Assembly: GCA_963771555.1 (NCBI GenBank)
Contig: CAVYTM010000003.1
Location: forward strand, 584,465-648,464
Source of the DNA: an uncultured Thermoplasmata archaeon
GTDB taxonomy: Archaea; Thermoplasmatota; Thermoplasmata; Lutacidiplasmatales; UBA184
Direction of reading: 5' to 3'
DNA: 64,000 nucleotides
This document shows, in pieces, positions 10,178 through 19,262 of the stretch. The notes under the pieces are model-generated. The model was given only the letters and a program-made list of their open reading frames with translations, had not been told where the DNA came from and did not search any database. The translations under genes and the position numbers were made by a program. Position 1 is the stretch's first letter. Every line of letters begins with the position of its first letter.

Positions 10178-11187
10178 CGCCGTCCCCTCGCCCGGCACGC
10201 TCGGCACGTCCGGCGAAACCGAAGAGACGCGCCGCCCGCTCTTCAAAGCCTCCCGCCCCGGTGGAGATCGGAACGATCGAGCTCCCCGGCGGAGCCCGGC
10301 CGCACCCCGCGCTGGGGCTCGGTCTCTGGGGACTCGGTCGATGGACCAACGAGGACGAGGCCCGCACGAAGGCCACGATCGGACGCGCCTACGAGCGCGG
10401 CATCCGCTGGTTCGATACCGCGGAGGTCTACGGGAACGGCCGTTCCGAGCGCGTGCTCGGCGAGGTGCTCGCTCGCGCCCCCTCCGCCGCCCCGGACGCC
10501 TTCGTCGTGACCAAGGTCTCGTGGGAGCATCTTCGGCCGGCCCAGGTTCGGGCAGCCCTGATCGGGAGTCTCGAGAAGCTGGCGCGGCCGGCGGTCGACC
10601 TCTACCTCGTGCACGCACCGGATTCGCGGGTTTCGCTCTCGGAGACGATGGGGGCTCTCGAAGCGCTGTGGAAAGAGGGCAAGATCCGGGCGATCGGCGT
10701 CTCGAACTTCTCCGCCGAGGAGCTCGAAGAAGCCGCCCGTCACCTCTCGGAAGCGAAGATCGTCGTCAACCAGCTGCGCTACAATCTCCTCCAACGGGAC
10801 GATGTGGACCCGGTCCTAGAGTACTGCCGAGCCCACGGGATCCTCATCGAAGCGTACACCCCGCTGGCGCGGGGCCTCCTGCACGGGCGCTACCTCGACG
10901 GCGCGAGAGTGCCTCGGGAGGTCCGTCAGTTCGCGCACCGCATGTTCGAGCCGGACATCCTTCCCGAGATGCTCGAACGGGGACGCGCGCTCCGTGACCT
11001 CGCGAACGACGCGGGGGTCCCGCTCGGGTCGATCGCGCTCCACTGGCTGCGGAAGATGGGCGCCGCGCCGGTCGTCGGCATGAGCCGCCCCGAGCAGATC
11101 GACTCCAACCTCGCTGCCTGGGCGGTCCGGCCCCCCGACCGAGTGCTTGAGAAGGCCGACCGGATCTCCCGGGGCGAACGTGCTTAA
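10174..11187 (+). CDS. Aldo/keto reductase
   Basis: GIRWFDTAEVYGNGRSERVLGEVL plus a conserved AKR core. ATG 10174 overlaps the valS stop (ATGA). An alternative start at GTG 10261 would remove a basic Pro/Arg-rich N-extension. Confidence 0.85.
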   Translation: MTPSPRPARSARPAKPKRRAARSSKPPAPVEIGTIELPGGARPHPALGLGLWGLGRWTNEDEARTKATIGRAYERGIRWFDTAEVYGNGRSERVLGEVLARAPSAAPDAFVVTKVSWEHLRPAQVRAALIGSLEKLARPAVDLYLVHAPDSRVSLSETMGALEALWKEGKIRAIGVSNFSAEELEEAARHLSEAKIVVNQLRYNLLQRDDVDPVLEYCRAHGILIEAYTPLARGLLHGRYLDGARVPREVRQFAHRMFEPDILPEMLERGRALRDLANDAGVPLGSIALHWLRKMGAAPVVGMSRPEQIDSNLAAWAVRPPDRVLEKADRISRGERA

Positions 11188-11827
11188 GCTCGTGGCACTC
11201 GATATGGACGGAACGCTCGTCGACGTGGCGAGCTCCTGGCGGGTCGTACACGACCACTTTGACGACCACAACGACGAGGGGCTGCGTCGCTTCCTCGCGA
11301 ACGAGATCGACGACGAGGAGTTCATCCGCTCGGACATTCGCATCTGGTGGCGCCACGCCCCGGACCTGACGGTCGAGGACCTCGAAGGGATCCTCGCGTC
11401 GGTGCCGCTCATGCCCGGCGCCGCCGAGCTCGTCGACGGGATCCATGCCCGGGGCGCGCGCACCGCAATCGTGAGCGGGGGCCTCGACCTGCTCGCCCGG
11501 CGCATTGCCCGGGAGTTGGGGATCGAGGTGGCGCTCGCGAACGGGGTTCGGGTGGATTCTGACGGATGTCTCACCGGCGAGGGCATTGTTCGGGTCCCGA
11601 TCCACGGGAAGGAGGGTGTCCTCGCTGCTCTCCAGCAGCAGCTCGGGGTGACCCCCGAGGAGACCGCCTCGGTCGGGAACTCCGAGATCGACGTGGGACT
11701 GTTCCACCGCAGCCGAGTCGGGGTGGCGTTCCTGCCGGAGGACGATACGGTGCGGCGAGCCGCGACCCACGTCGTCACCGAACGGAACCTCGCCCGCGTC
11801 CTCGCAGCGCTCGACGGGGCGCCCTGA
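11147..11827 (+). CDS. HAD-IB family hydrolase (phosphoserine phosphatase-like)
   Basis: Motif I LDMDGTL, motif II IVSGG, motif IV GNSEIDV. The likely true start is GTG 11180 (VLKLVALDMDG), overlapping the AKR stop. Confidence 0.8.
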   Translation: MRRPTGSPGANVLKLVALDMDGTLVDVASSWRVVHDHFDDHNDEGLRRFLANEIDDEEFIRSDIRIWWRHAPDLTVEDLEGILASVPLMPGAAELVDGIHARGARTAIVSGGLDLLARRIARELGIEVALANGVRVDSDGCLTGEGIVRVPIHGKEGVLAALQQQLGVTPEETASVGNSEIDVGLFHRSRVGVAFLPEDDTVRRAATHVVTERNLARVLAALDGAP

Positions 11828-11909
11828 CCGTCCGCTCGGAATTCGAGGGACGCATAGCCCGGGCGAGCGAGAGACGTTAATCTCGAGCCCTTCTGCTCGG
11901 GAAGGGACT

Positions 11910-13178
11910 ATGACGGAACCGGAAGTGCCAAGTCGCCGTCTCCGCGCCTTCGCGCACGCCGCGGGCCGAGCCGGACCGGCGGGAGTCTCCCGAAGCTGGC
12001 AGCGACTGCTTCGGGAAGGTTTCCCGATCATCGAGTCGGCTCGCGGGGAGCGGGGAAGCTCGCTGGTGACCTTCGTGTGGCGACCGGATCGCAGCGTGAC
12101 GGCTCCTTCGCTCTATACACCGGTGGCGGAGGCGATCGAAGGAATGGCGGAACTCCTCCCCCTCGGCGTGGGTGGGGTCTGGTATCGGTCCCTTACCTTG
12201 TCCAACCGCACGCGCGCGATGTACGGATTCTCGCCCATCTCGTCGCTCCGTCCGGGGTCAGGCCTGAAGACGTTTCTCCGATACATCCGGACCGTCGGAC
12301 CCGACCCGCTCAACTCCGAGCAGATTTTCTTCCCGAAGGACCCGGACGACCCGAGCGACCGCGCGGGCACGCGCTCGGTGGTCCAACTTCCCAAGGCACC
12401 ACCCCAACCCTGGACCCGGGCCCACGGGCCATGGCGTGGGACGGAAGAACATCGTCACCTCCCGAGCCGAAATCTGCGGGGCCGCCATTCCGTCTGGGTC
12501 TTCCTACCCCCGCGGTTCAACTCCCGCGGGGCCCCGTACAATCTCCTCATCGCCTTCGACGGGATCGCCTATCGCGACACGGTGCCTGCGCCCACCATCG
12601 TCCAGAACCTCGTGGACGCGGGGCGCATTTCGCCCACCGTCGTCGTGCTCGTGGGGAACGCGCCGGGCGCCCGGACCCAAGAGCTGAACCGAAATCCCGC
12701 GTTCGCCCGTTACCTCGCCCGGGTGCTACTGCCGTGGCTGCGCCGCCGGTACGGGCTACGAACCACGGCGTCGAGGACCGTGCTCGCGGGCTCGAGCCTA
12801 GGGGCTGTGGCCGCCGTCGATACGGCTCTCCGCTACCCCAAGCTCTTCGGCAACGTCCTCGCGCAGTCGGGTGCATTCCAGTGGTTCGGTCGGGAGCTGG
12901 GAGGACCGCCGACCTCGCTGATGCAGGAGTACGTCCGCGCTCCCAAGCTTCCTCTTCGATTCTACCTCGATGCAGGAACCCAGGAGGCGAAGGTCACCGG
13001 GAAGATGCCGTTGTCGCTCCTCGGCAGCGTTCGCCACCTGCGGGACGTCCTCGAAGCGAAGGGATACCCGGTGGCGTACGCCGAGTTCGACGGGGGTCAC
13101 GACTACGCCTGCTGGCGCGGCACCCTCGCGGACGGGATCCTCCTCCTTCTGGGCCGTCCGAGGCGACGCCGCCCCTAG
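11910..13178 (+). CDS. Esterase family protein (enterochelin-esterase-like alpha/beta hydrolase)
   Basis: An N-terminal beta domain is followed by a putative-esterase core: FDGIAYRD..., nucleophile elbow GSSLGA, and a C-terminal GGHDY. Confidence 0.7.
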   Translation: MTEPEVPSRRLRAFAHAAGRAGPAGVSRSWQRLLREGFPIIESARGERGSSLVTFVWRPDRSVTAPSLYTPVAEAIEGMAELLPLGVGGVWYRSLTLSNRTRAMYGFSPISSLRPGSGLKTFLRYIRTVGPDPLNSEQIFFPKDPDDPSDRAGTRSVVQLPKAPPQPWTRAHGPWRGTEEHRHLPSRNLRGRHSVWVFLPPRFNSRGAPYNLLIAFDGIAYRDTVPAPTIVQNLVDAGRISPTVVVLVGNAPGARTQELNRNPAFARYLARVLLPWLRRRYGLRTTASRTVLAGSSLGAVAAVDTALRYPKLFGNVLAQSGAFQWFGRELGGPPTSLMQEYVRAPKLPLRFYLDAGTQEAKVTGKMPLSLLGSVRHLRDVLEAKGYPVAYAEFDGGHDYACWRGTLADGILLLLGRPRRRRP

Positions 13179-13298
13179 GGAGGAACCCGCGGCGGGTCCC
13201 CGACGAAAGCTTCCGGCCGATGGCCAGGGTCGGGAAGCGAAGCGCCCCATTCCGACCGGATAGCCTTAATTCCCGTCGCTCGGTCCGTCGCCCTTCCG

Positions 13299-13916
13299 AT
13301 GGACTCCTACCAGGCCCTCCTCGCACGCGCCCACGAGAAACTCCCTCCGGTTCGCACCGGCGGCGAGCGCTTCCAGGTCCCCGAACCGGACGTGATGACC
13401 GACGGGAAGAACACGGTCATCCGCAATCTCGTGGACATCACGGGGGTCTTGCGCCGCGAACCGGCCCACGTCATCGGGTTCCTCGCAAAGGAGTTCGGCT
13501 GCCCCGGCGTTCTCGACCTTCCGCGCGGTGTTCTCAAGTCGCGCCTGACCAAGGACCAGATCGCCCAACGCCTGCGCGACTACACCGTGAAGTACGTGAT
13601 CTGCTCGGAGTGCAAGCGCCCCGATACCCACCTCCAGAAGGAGGGCCGTTTCACGCTCCTCATCTGCGAGGCCTGCGGAGCGCAGCGCCCGGTGACGGTG
13701 CGTCGGGTCGTTACCCCCGAGAAGCCGAAGACCCCGGTCGTGGTCGGCGAGGTCTACCACCTCACGATCGAGGACGTCGGTCGTCGCGGCGACGGGGTCG
13801 CGAAGAAGGAAGGATTCGTGATTTTCGTCACCGGCGCGAACCAGCGCGGCATGGCGATCAAGGCTAAGATCACGAAGGTTCTCGGCAACAACGCGTACGC
13901 CGTCGTCGAACCGTAG
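13299..13916 (+). CDS. eif2b: Translation initiation factor aIF2 beta subunit fused to a C-terminal TRAM domain
   Basis: The aIF2-beta core has a CSEC...CEAC zinc ribbon. The last ~58 aa (VGEVYHLTIEDVGRRGDGVAKKEGFVIFVTGANQRGMAIKAKITKV) match the TRAM fold consensus. Confidence 0.85.
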   Translation: MDSYQALLARAHEKLPPVRTGGERFQVPEPDVMTDGKNTVIRNLVDITGVLRREPAHVIGFLAKEFGCPGVLDLPRGVLKSRLTKDQIAQRLRDYTVKYVICSECKRPDTHLQKEGRFTLLICEACGAQRPVTVRRVVTPEKPKTPVVVGEVYHLTIEDVGRRGDGVAKKEGFVIFVTGANQRGMAIKAKITKVLGNNAYAVVEP

Positions 13917-13922
13917 CGAGCC

Positions 13923-14891
13923 ATGCGGAGCCTCCGCTGGATGGGCCTGCTCGCGCTCTACATCGGGGCGCAGATCGTCGGTCTCGCCCTCGCCGACCCG
14001 TTCCGTTCCGCGGGCCTTTCGTCCACGTCCAACGCGCAGAGCCCGACCGCCCCGCTCCTGATCATCGGGGTCATCGTCGTCGCGCCCCTCTTCATCCTGT
14101 TCTTCGCGCGCCAGCGGGGAGGGATCGCTGCCCTGCGCCACGTCATCCTCCTCGGGATCGCGGGTTCGCTCTACTTCACGCTGTACGCGACCTTCTCGAT
14201 CTTCCCGCCGGGGCTCATCCTCCTCCCGCCCTACGGCGCGGAACTGGTGCTCGACCCCGCGCTCGTCTTCGCCGCCTTCGTGAGCATGGGCCTCTACTTC
14301 GCCCTCCTCGTCGAACCTCAATGGTATATCGTGGACCTGGCGGGATTTCTCGCTGCCGGTTCGCTCATCGCGATCCTCGGGATCTCGTTCGGGATCCTGC
14401 CGGCGTTCATCCTGCTCATCGCCCTCATGATCTACGACGCGATCGCGGTCTATCGAACGAAGCACATGGTCTCGCTCGCCGACGTCGTCGTCGACATGAA
14501 GCTCCCGATCCTCATGGTCATGCCGGATTCGGCCGGCTACGACTACACGGCCGCCCCGACGCTCAAGGAGCAGCGGAGCCAACCGACGGAGGAGCGGGCG
14601 GCACTGTTCATGGGACTTGGGGACGTCGTGATCCCAGGGACCCTCATCGTCTCCGCGTTCGTCTGGCTCCCCACCGGTCCTCACGTCCTCGGGATCGGCG
14701 CCAACCTCTGGGGCGCGTTCGGCGCCCTCGTGGGCTCTCTGGTCGGCTACGGGATCCTGATGCGCGTCGTGCTCCGGGGGAATCCCCAGGCCGGGCTTCC
14801 GCTCTTGAACGGCGGCGCTCTGATCGGCTATTCGCTCACCTACATCCTGCTCTTTCACTCGCTGACGCTGGGTCTGACGGGAGGCCTTTAA
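13923..14891 (+). CDS. Presenilin/signal-peptide-peptidase-type intramembrane aspartyl protease (A22, PSH)
   Basis: Polytopic protein with the catalytic YD (LMIYDAIAVY) and GxGD (FMGLGDVVIPG) motifs in adjacent helices. Confidence 0.85.
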   Translation: MRSLRWMGLLALYIGAQIVGLALADPFRSAGLSSTSNAQSPTAPLLIIGVIVVAPLFILFFARQRGGIAALRHVILLGIAGSLYFTLYATFSIFPPGLILLPPYGAELVLDPALVFAAFVSMGLYFALLVEPQWYIVDLAGFLAAGSLIAILGISFGILPAFILLIALMIYDAIAVYRTKHMVSLADVVVDMKLPILMVMPDSAGYDYTAAPTLKEQRSQPTEERAALFMGLGDVVIPGTLIVSAFVWLPTGPHVLGIGANLWGAFGALVGSLVGYGILMRVVLRGNPQAGLPLLNGGALIGYSLTYILLFHSLTLGLTGGL

Positions 14892-14913
14892 CCCCGTTCG
14901 ACTCCCCCCGGCC

Positions 14914-15852
14914 GTGCCGCGCAAGGTAGAGGACATTCGGATCGACGATAGTCCGTCGCTCGACACGCTGGTGCGCCGGCTCGAAGCGGGTGGAGGGTTC
15001 AGCGCGAAGGAGGTCGCCTCGGGCGTCGACCTCCTCGCTCGGATCCTGTCCGACCGCGACATGACGCTCTTCCTATCGTTCCCGGCCGATATCGTCGCGA
15101 CGGGGACCCGTGGTGTGCTCGCCACCCTCGTCCGGGAAGGCTACGTCGACGCGGTCATCACGACCTGCGGGACGCTCGACCACGACCTTGCCCGCTCCTT
15201 CCGCTCCTACTATCACGGCGAGTGGGACCTCGACGACGCGGACCTCTACCGTCGGCACCTCTACCGACTCGGCAACCTCGTCATCCCACAGGCGAACTAC
15301 GGGACGATCATCGAGCGCAAGATACGAGGGATCCTCGACCGATTGTGGGCGAGCGGGACCCGGGCGCTTTCGACCCGGGCGCTCTCGGCCGCCATCGGCG
15401 AAGCGATCCCCGCGAAGGAGCGCTCGAGCATCCTTCGAGCGGCCTTCGAGCGCAAAGTGCCGGTCATCGTACCCGGGATCACGGACGGTGCGGTGGGGTC
15501 GCAGGTCTGGCTGTACTGGCAGGACCACCGCGGTCTATCGTTCGACCTTCTCTCCGACGAGCAGCTGCTCTCCGACCTCGTGTTCGGCGCGAAGCGGGCC
15601 GGCGCGGTGATGCTCGGCGGGGGGATCTCGAAGCACCACACCATCTGGTGGAACCAGTTCCGGGACGGCTTGGACGCCGCTCTCTACATCACCACGGCCG
15701 TCGAGTGGGACGGCAGCCTTTCGGGCGCCCGGACCCGGGAAGCGGTCTCGTGGGGCAAGGTGAAGGCCACGGCGCGACACACGACCGTGACCGGCGACGT
15801 GACCGTCCTCTTCCCGCTCATGGTCGGGGCGGCGCTCGAACGGATCCGATAG
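14914..15852 (+). CDS. dys: Deoxyhypusine synthase
   Basis: 312 aa with a GTG start. Typical DHS sequence throughout: GGFSAKEVASGVDLL, ITTCGTLDHD, GGGISKHH. Confidence 0.9.
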   Translation: MPRKVEDIRIDDSPSLDTLVRRLEAGGGFSAKEVASGVDLLARILSDRDMTLFLSFPADIVATGTRGVLATLVREGYVDAVITTCGTLDHDLARSFRSYYHGEWDLDDADLYRRHLYRLGNLVIPQANYGTIIERKIRGILDRLWASGTRALSTRALSAAIGEAIPAKERSSILRAAFERKVPVIVPGITDGAVGSQVWLYWQDHRGLSFDLLSDEQLLSDLVFGAKRAGAVMLGGGISKHHTIWWNQFRDGLDAALYITTAVEWDGSLSGARTREAVSWGKVKATARHTTVTGDVTVLFPLMVGAALERIR

Positions 15853-15863
15853 GATCGATCACT

Positions 15864-16985
15864 CTACGGTCGGTAGGTCCGTGACGACCGCCGGTGCTTC
15901 CGTAGAACCCGGTCGTTGACCTCAACGCCGATCCCCGGGCCGCGGGGAACCTCGATCGTGCTCCGGGGTCCCAGCACGAAGGGCGGGTCGGTGATGTCCT
16001 CATGGTAGTATCGGTCGCTCGCCGAGAGGTCCGAGGAAAGCACGAACGGAGGAGTCGAAGCAAGGGCGATGTTGTGCGCCCGTCCGACCCCTGACTCGAG
16101 CATTCCTCCCATCCACGACGGAACCCCGGCCCGCGCCGCTCGTCGCGCGATCGTGCGCCCGATGCTCAACCCACCGACACGGGCCACCTTCACGTTGAGG
16201 CTGGTCAGAGCTCGCGCGCCGAGGGCATCTTCCAAGGAGGACTCGTCCACGATCGATTCGTCAAGGCAGACGCGGAAGCGGGCGTTACGGGCAAGTTCAG
16301 CGTGCGCCCGGATGGCACGCTCCGCGAACGGCTGTTCGACCTGGGCCACTTCGTTCTTCTCGGCCCATGCACGAATCTGGGCCAGGGCGCGGGTGGGGTA
16401 CGCCTGGTTGGCGTCGACCCAAAGCTCCACCTCGGGGTACTCGCGCCGGACCGCGGCGACCGGTCGCACATCCCACCCGGGACGCACCTTGAGCTTGATT
16501 CGGCCGTAACCGGCTTCGAGGTAGTGTCCCACACGATCCACCAGCTTCGGCACGCTGGCCTGGATTCCAACGCTCACTCCGACGCAGACCCGTTTCCGTT
16601 GTCCCCCCAAGAGCTTCGACAACGATTGTCCGGCCTCTCGGGCGCGAAGGTCGTGGAGAGCGAGCTCGACGGCCGCCTTCGCCATGGGGTGACCTCGGTA
16701 GCGCGCCGCATCGCGCAGGAACGCCTCTGGGGTCGGCTTGGGAAGACGGAAGAGTATCGGGACCAAGCGCTCGGAGATCATCCATCGGGCGGTCGCGACG
16801 CTCTCGGACGAATAGAGCGGGTCGGAGGCTGCCGCGCATTCCCCCCACCCTTCGAGACCGGATTTCGTCTCCACGCGGACGAGGAGGAAACGACGATGAT
16901 GTTCGACACCGAAGCTGGTTTCGAACGGTTCCACGAGCGGTAGTTCGACCTCGTCCAGACGCACTGCGGCCAGGCTCATGGTCAC
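15864..16985 (-). CDS. Enolase-superfamily o-succinylbenzoate synthase / N-acylamino-acid racemase family protein
   Basis: A capping domain is followed by a barrel carrying the KxK (RIKLKV), DANQAY, EQPF and LDES metal ligands, plus a second catalytic Lys (NVKVARVGG). Confidence 0.8.
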   Translation of the reverse strand: MTMSLAAVRLDEVELPLVEPFETSFGVEHHRRFLLVRVETKSGLEGWGECAAASDPLYSSESVATARWMISERLVPILFRLPKPTPEAFLRDAARYRGHPMAKAAVELALHDLRAREAGQSLSKLLGGQRKRVCVGVSVGIQASVPKLVDRVGHYLEAGYGRIKLKVRPGWDVRPVAAVRREYPEVELWVDANQAYPTRALAQIRAWAEKNEVAQVEQPFAERAIRAHAELARNARFRVCLDESIVDESSLEDALGARALTSLNVKVARVGGLSIGRTIARRAARAGVPSWMGGMLESGVGRAHNIALASTPPFVLSSDLSASDRYYHEDITDPPFVLGPRSTIEVPRGPGIGVEVNDRVLRKHRRSSRTYRP

Positions 16986-17058
16986 CTACCGAAAACCCCC
17001 TGTGCCTACATAAGGCGGGGAGAGGACCCGACGCCGAGGGAGCGCGCGCCCGCGAGGC

Positions 17059-17065
17059 TTTATCT
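17059..17065 (+). promoter_or_regulatory. TATA box of tRNA-Lys
   Basis: TTTATCT centred about 34 nt upstream of the mature tRNA 5' end. The same TTTATC core is seen at other promoters in the window. Confidence 0.5.
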
Positions 17066-17095
17066 CCCGCGTCCTCGTCGGGCCGCCCCACCTTT

Positions 17096-17169
17096 GGGCC
17101 CGTAGCTCAGCTCGGTAGAGCAGGCGGCTCTTAACCGCAAGGTCAGGGGTTCGAATCCCCTCGGGCCCG
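17096..17169 (+). tRNA. tRNA-Lys (anticodon CUU)
   Basis: Hand-folded cloverleaf: acceptor GGGCCCG/CGGGCCC, D arm GCTC/GAGC, anticodon loop CT-CTT-AA, T arm AGGGG-TTCGAAT-CCCCT, discriminator G. No encoded CCA and no intron. Confidence 0.9.
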
Positions 17170-17320
17170 GGGACCTGGGTAGTTCGAGTGACCGCCGCGG
17201 TGGATTCGGGATAGGCGACGGCGCCGGAAAGGCTGTGTTCGGGGGTTTTAAACTAAGACCTCATACCTCAAGGAACGAGGTTCGCCAGATGCCTGCAGCG
17301 AACGGGCCTAGGTTCGGCCG

Positions 17321-18154
17321 ATGATCCCAGATCCCTACAAAGAAGAGGAAGTCGCGGAAGGGGTCTGGCAGATCTCGGGTTCCCACGATTGGGGCGCGGG
17401 AGTCAATGCTGTCGCGGTCGTCTCGGGCAGGCATGCCGTCCTGGTCGACAACCTGTACCGCCCCGGAGATGCCCGCCGGCTGTTCAAGCGGATTCAGGGT
17501 CGAGGGATTGAACTCCATGCGCTCGTCAACACGCACTGGCACACGGACCACACGATCGGGAATTGTCTCTTCAACTGTCCGATCTGGGCCCATCGGACCG
17601 GTCCGAAGTTTCTCAAGCGATTCTGGCCCAAGTGGGTCGGTGGTCCCCGGGACAAACGCGCGGGAGGCTTGCGGCTGAAGCTACCGGATCACGTGTTGGA
17701 CCGGCGGGTTTCGCTTGACCTGGATGGAGTCGAAGTTCAGCTCATTCACGTACCGGGACATACTCCTGATTCGATTGGAGTCTTCCTTCCGGACCGACAA
17801 ATCTTCATCGCCGGGGACACAGTCATGGACCTTCCCTTTGTCCTGTTCGGGGACAGCCTCGAAGAAATCCGCTCTCTGCGTCGGATCCAGCGTCTCCGGC
17901 CGCGGATGATCCTGCAGGGACACGGACCACCTTGCAAGGTCACCCGGCTGGCCGGGGACATCCGTTACTTGCAGCGAGTTCGAGAGGGGGCGCGCGAGGC
18001 TCGACGCACGAGACTCTCGAGGGAGAAGTTCATGGAAACACCGCTAGAGCGGTTCCTGCCTTTTCGTCGGTGTCGGGCCCTCCTGAAGGGATATCGCGAA
18101 GCTCATCGCGAAAACCTCTGGAAGATCTGGAACGAAATGTCGAGCGCTCGCTGA
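17321..18154 (+). CDS. MBL-fold metallo-hydrolase
   Basis: THWHTDH (HxHxDH) motif plus downstream His/Asp ligands (HVPGHTPD, GDTV, QGHG). Confidence 0.85.
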   Translation: MIPDPYKEEEVAEGVWQISGSHDWGAGVNAVAVVSGRHAVLVDNLYRPGDARRLFKRIQGRGIELHALVNTHWHTDHTIGNCLFNCPIWAHRTGPKFLKRFWPKWVGGPRDKRAGGLRLKLPDHVLDRRVSLDLDGVEVQLIHVPGHTPDSIGVFLPDRQIFIAGDTVMDLPFVLFGDSLEEIRSLRRIQRLRPRMILQGHGPPCKVTRLAGDIRYLQRVREGAREARRTRLSREKFMETPLERFLPFRRCRALLKGYREAHRENLWKIWNEMSSAR

Positions 18155-18261
18155 CCGACGCGACTCACACCGGTCGGACCCGAATAACGGGTTCATCGAG
18201 TCCCCTCGGGCCCGTCGACGTCCAACGTGGAGAGCCTTCGGGCGGGGGTTGCCGGCCGAAC

Positions 18262-18963
18262 TTACTTTCGAGCGGAGGACACCCGCGCGCTCGCTAGTAT
18301 CCCCTCGACGACCTCGGACTTGGCATCCGCGTAATTCTGGACGTATTTCCAGGTCCGGCGGGCGAGTTCTTGTTTGGTCTTTGCGTAGAGTTTCCGCGTC
18401 TCCGGGTTCGTGCGCAGCAAGTCTCGGAACGCGAGCATCCGGTCGATCTCCGTCGCGCCCATTGAGAACACGTGGAGGTTGATGTTCGTGTCCGGGCCCT
18501 TGAAGAGGCGATGCTGGTGCCAATCGGGCTCGCGAATTCGGAGCACGTAACCCGCGGCCTCAAGCGCCGGGACGTAGGAGGGTTCGTCCGTGGAGTCGGC
18601 CACGACGAGCAAAATGTCGATAATCGGTTTGGCCGCGAGATCGGGCACCGACGTCGAGCCAATATGCTCGAGCTGAATCACTCGACCACCTAGCGCCTTT
18701 CGGATCCGCCGCTCCTCCCTTGAGAAAAGCTCGGGCCAAGTCGGGTCGTATTCACACAGGGTGATGGGGGCATCGTGTCGGTTGGGTTCCCCTATCGTGA
18801 CTCGCCGAAGCTGCTCTTCGGTCGTGGGGTCCGGACGCTTGTCCGGATCGGTCAATGGCCCCTCGAGCCCCCGCTGTGCTCTTTTCGGCAAGTTCTCATC
18901 CCACCTTTCCGCGGATTCATACCGGTCGACCGATAAATCCCCTCGGGCCTGTGATTCTGTCAC
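18262..18963 (-). CDS. GrpB-family protein (nucleotidyltransferase-like)
   Basis: The core EYDPTWPELF...LEHIGSTSVPDLAAKPIIDILLVV...FRDLLRTNPETRKLY is typical GrpB/UPF0157. The ~60-aa N-extension (GTG 18963) may not be translated, so the start is uncertain. Confidence 0.7.
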   Translation of the reverse strand: MTESQARGDLSVDRYESAERWDENLPKRAQRGLEGPLTDPDKRPDPTTEEQLRRVTIGEPNRHDAPITLCEYDPTWPELFSREERRIRKALGGRVIQLEHIGSTSVPDLAAKPIIDILLVVADSTDEPSYVPALEAAGYVLRIREPDWHQHRLFKGPDTNINLHVFSMGATEIDRMLAFRDLLRTNPETRKLYAKTKQELARRTWKYVQNYADAKSEVVEGILASARVSSARK

Positions 18964-19262
18964 CCTTCACTTTCGGTCGAGGTTCCTGCCGATCCAGGGC
19001 GGGAGGAAGGGCTTCGAAACAAACAGTTTCCTGTTGCAGCAAAGTTTGTCGACTCTTAAATACCCGGCCGACGACCAGGGTTCCAGGCATGACCGCGCGC
19101 GCCGGGTGCGCGGCCTGGGTCGTGCCGGACGGGGCCCAGGTCGCCAGGGCACCGCTGCCGTTTCGCGGGCGAGCGGCGCGGGGGTTGCCGGCGTCGCGGT
19201 GTCGTTCCGCGGATGATTCGGAGTTCCGAGTCCGCTCTTGCAGAAGGGATGAGGAGAAGTGA

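Noticed and set aside
17289-17324. 11-codon upstream ORF overlapping the MBL hydrolase start by ATGA
   Set aside because: It is too short to evaluate and has no conservation evidence. It may be chance in a GC-rich leader.
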